A DNA stretch of 64,000 bases from a bacterium (GTDB lineage: Bacteria > Verrucomicrobiota > Verrucomicrobiia > Chthoniobacterales > UBA6821). Under the pieces are notes generated by a model. It had not been told where the DNA came from, did no database searches, and was given only the letters and a program-made list of their open reading frames with translations. Positions 62,407 to 64,000 of the stretch are shown one piece after another. Location of the stretch: assembly GCA_037130175.1 (NCBI GenBank), contig JBAXTN010000009.1:1247-65246 (forward strand), read 5' to 3'. Each line of letters starts with the position of its first letter. Positions within the stretch are counted from its first letter, which is position 1. Both the position numbers and the translations under genes were made by a program.

Positions 62407-63018
62407 ATGGCCCGTCATACTGGACCCAAAACAAAAGTCAGCCGTCGTTACGGCGTACTCCTCGCCGGATCAGCTCGTGCATTTGAGAACAAGCCCTATG
62501 CTCCCGGACAACACGGCCCCAAAGGATCCCGCCGCAAGATTTCCGAATATGGAACGGCCCTTGCTGAGAAGCAAAAGCTGCGTTTTCAGTACGGAGTCCT
62601 GGAGCGTCAGTTTCGTCGCTACTTTGAGACAGCGCTCAAGACCCGCGGTATCACTGGGTTGATCCTGCTGCAGATTCTTGAAACCCGTCTTGACAATGTC
62701 GTCTATCGTCTTGGTTTTTCCAAGACGCGTGCCGGAGCCCGCCAGCTTGTCGCTCATGGTCATGTTTCCCTGAATGGCCGCAAGACCGATATTTCCTCAG
62801 CCACTCTCAAAGTCGGTGATGTGGTTGCCATACGCGCTAAGGATGGTTCCAAGCGGCTTGCCCAGCGGGGTCTGGAGCAGACTCAGATTGTTGAGCCTCC
62901 CGATTGGCTGCTTGTGGACAAGGAAAACCTGAGCGGTAAGGTCGTGCGTATCCCCACTCGCGAAGAGATCAATCCTGTGGTCAACGAGCAACTTGTGGTC
63001 GAGTTGTACTCACGCTAA
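62407..63018 (+). CDS. rpsD: 30S ribosomal protein S4
   Basis: MARHTGPKTKVSRRYG...LEKQKLRFQYG...RLDNVVYRLGF. Confidence 0.95.
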   Translation: MARHTGPKTKVSRRYGVLLAGSARAFENKPYAPGQHGPKGSRRKISEYGTALAEKQKLRFQYGVLERQFRRYFETALKTRGITGLILLQILETRLDNVVYRLGFSKTRAGARQLVAHGHVSLNGRKTDISSATLKVGDVVAIRAKDGSKRLAQRGLEQTQIVEPPDWLLVDKENLSGKVVRIPTREEINPVVNEQLVVELYSR

Positions 63019-63040
63019 GGCACTTCTCTTTTTCTAGGAA

Positions 63041-63076
63041 AAGCCCCCGGATGATTCCGGGGGCTTTTTGTTTTTT
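63041..63076 (+). terminator. intrinsic terminator after rpsD
   Basis: Perfect 10-bp stem AAGCCCCCGG/CCGGGGGCTT with a 6-nt loop, followed by a T-rich run (TTTTTGTTTTTT). Confidence 0.85.
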
Positions 63077-63101
63077 ATAAGGAACGGTATGGTTGCTTCG
63101 C

Positions 63102-64000
63102 ATGAGAAGGGTTTACCATAATGCACGGTTAATACTGCCTCCGCATCTGCGCTCAGGTGAGGGATTTTTGTCGGAGGAGGATGGTCATATTAGGAGTGTG
63201 CAACTCAGGGAGGGGAAATCAGATTTTGAAGATCTCCTGAGCCTGGAGAAGCAACTTTGTGAGGAGGAGATCGATTGTCAGGGTGATTATCTCTCGCCCG
63301 GCCTGATTGATCTTCACTGCCATGGAGCCCTTGGCCGAGACACCATGGAAGCCACCCAGGAGGCCTTTGATGTCATCCTGAATTATCACGCGACTCGTGG
63401 AACGACACTTGCCGTTCTGACCACTGTTGCGGCTTCTTTAAGCGAAATCGAAGGGGTGCTATCCGGTGCAGAGAAGTATCAAAAAGAAAGGAAGAATCCG
63501 CTTTTTGCAGGAATTCATCTGGAAGGACCCTATTTCTCTCCTCTCCGTCAGGGAGCGCATCGACAGGCGATGCTTCGTCACCCCTCTCCAGAAGAAACAG
63601 AAGTGCTGTTGAAGTATGCCGGGGTGATTTCGAGAATCACACTTGCCCCGGAAATTCCCGGAGTCATCGAACTCATACCGATTCTGAAGCTCCATGGAAT
63701 CGTCGTTAGTGCGGGACATTCCGAGGCCATCCATGATGAGGCACTTGCTGGATTTTCCGCCGGGATCACACAAGTCACCCATCTCTATAACTGCATGTCT
63801 TCGCTTCATAGTAAAAAGGGACGCCGCTCTACGGGATTGGCGGAGGCGGCTCTGACGATGCCGGGGGTGCTTTGCGAGGTGATTGCCGATGGGAGGCACC
63901 TCTCGCCGACATTACTCCGTCTGGCCTGGCTTGCCAAGGGATGGCAGGAGATTGCGATTGTTTCCGATGCGACTGCGGGATCGGGTCTGCCGGAAGGGGC
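63102..64000 (+). CDS. nagA: N-acetylglucosamine-6-phosphate deacetylase, 3'-truncated at window edge
   Basis: Not in the ORF track because it has no stop in the window. Hand translation gives MRRVYHNARLILP..., GLIDLHCHGALG, GIHLEGPYFS and SAGHSEA, which are amidohydrolase/NagA motifs. Confidence 0.8.
   Translation, partial: MRRVYHNARLILPPHLRSGEGFLSEEDGHIRSVQLREGKSDFEDLLSLEKQLCEEEIDCQGDYLSPGLIDLHCHGALGRDTMEATQEAFDVILNYHATRGTTLAVLTTVAASLSEIEGVLSGAEKYQKERKNPLFAGIHLEGPYFSPLRQGAHRQAMLRHPSPEETEVLLKYAGVISRITLAPEIPGVIELIPILKLHGIVVSAGHSEAIHDEALAGFSAGITQVTHLYNCMSSLHSKKGRRSTGLAEAALTMPGVLCEVIADGRHLSPTLLRLAWLAKGWQEIAIVSDATAGSGLPEG

Overview
This is a 64-kb chromosomal segment from a bacterium with moderate GC content (not computed). 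The gene content tentatively suggests a PVC-group organism, probably Verrucomicrobiota: a PEP-CTERM protein, an OprB-type porin, many ribosomal proteins with charged tails, and fusA followed directly by rpsJ. The right third (44.6-63.1 kb) is one uninterrupted co-directional str-S10-spc-alpha ribosomal superoperon, rpsL to rpsD plus secY, adk, map, infA and rpmJ. It ends at a strong intrinsic terminator and is followed by a 3'-truncated nagA. The left two thirds mix housekeeping genes (phospho-sugar mutase, pyrG, glpX, tal, valS, tex, manC, rpsO-pnp, one tRNA-Pro) with envelope and accessory genes. These include tandem L,D-transpeptidases, a GT4/GH130 pair, an SPFH protein, a GluR0-like ligand-gated K+ channel, a PEP-CTERM protein, an autotransporter, an ECF sigma/anti-sigma pair, olsBA-like genes, an OprB porin and an orphan LivH. 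I saw no rRNA, CRISPR array, transposase, integrase or phage genes. Five items seem most worth a second look. (1) A secreted coiled-coil protein of unknown family lies between rpsS and rplV inside the S10 operon. (2) A tightly coupled co-directional block at 30.9-37.3 kb has at its core a DedA::ATP-grasp fusion, a bacterial TANGO2/NRDE homologue and a TMEM175-type K+ channel, flanked by YHS, DoxX, DinB-like, DUF1223 and a lipoprotein MsrBA. (3) A lipoprotein gene is split by a G8/C8 homopolymer tract. (4) A 14-nt perfect inverted repeat has one arm covering the start codon of the YHS gene. (5) The ribosomal cluster has several architectural oddities. All functional calls come from motif recognition by eye; no database search was run.
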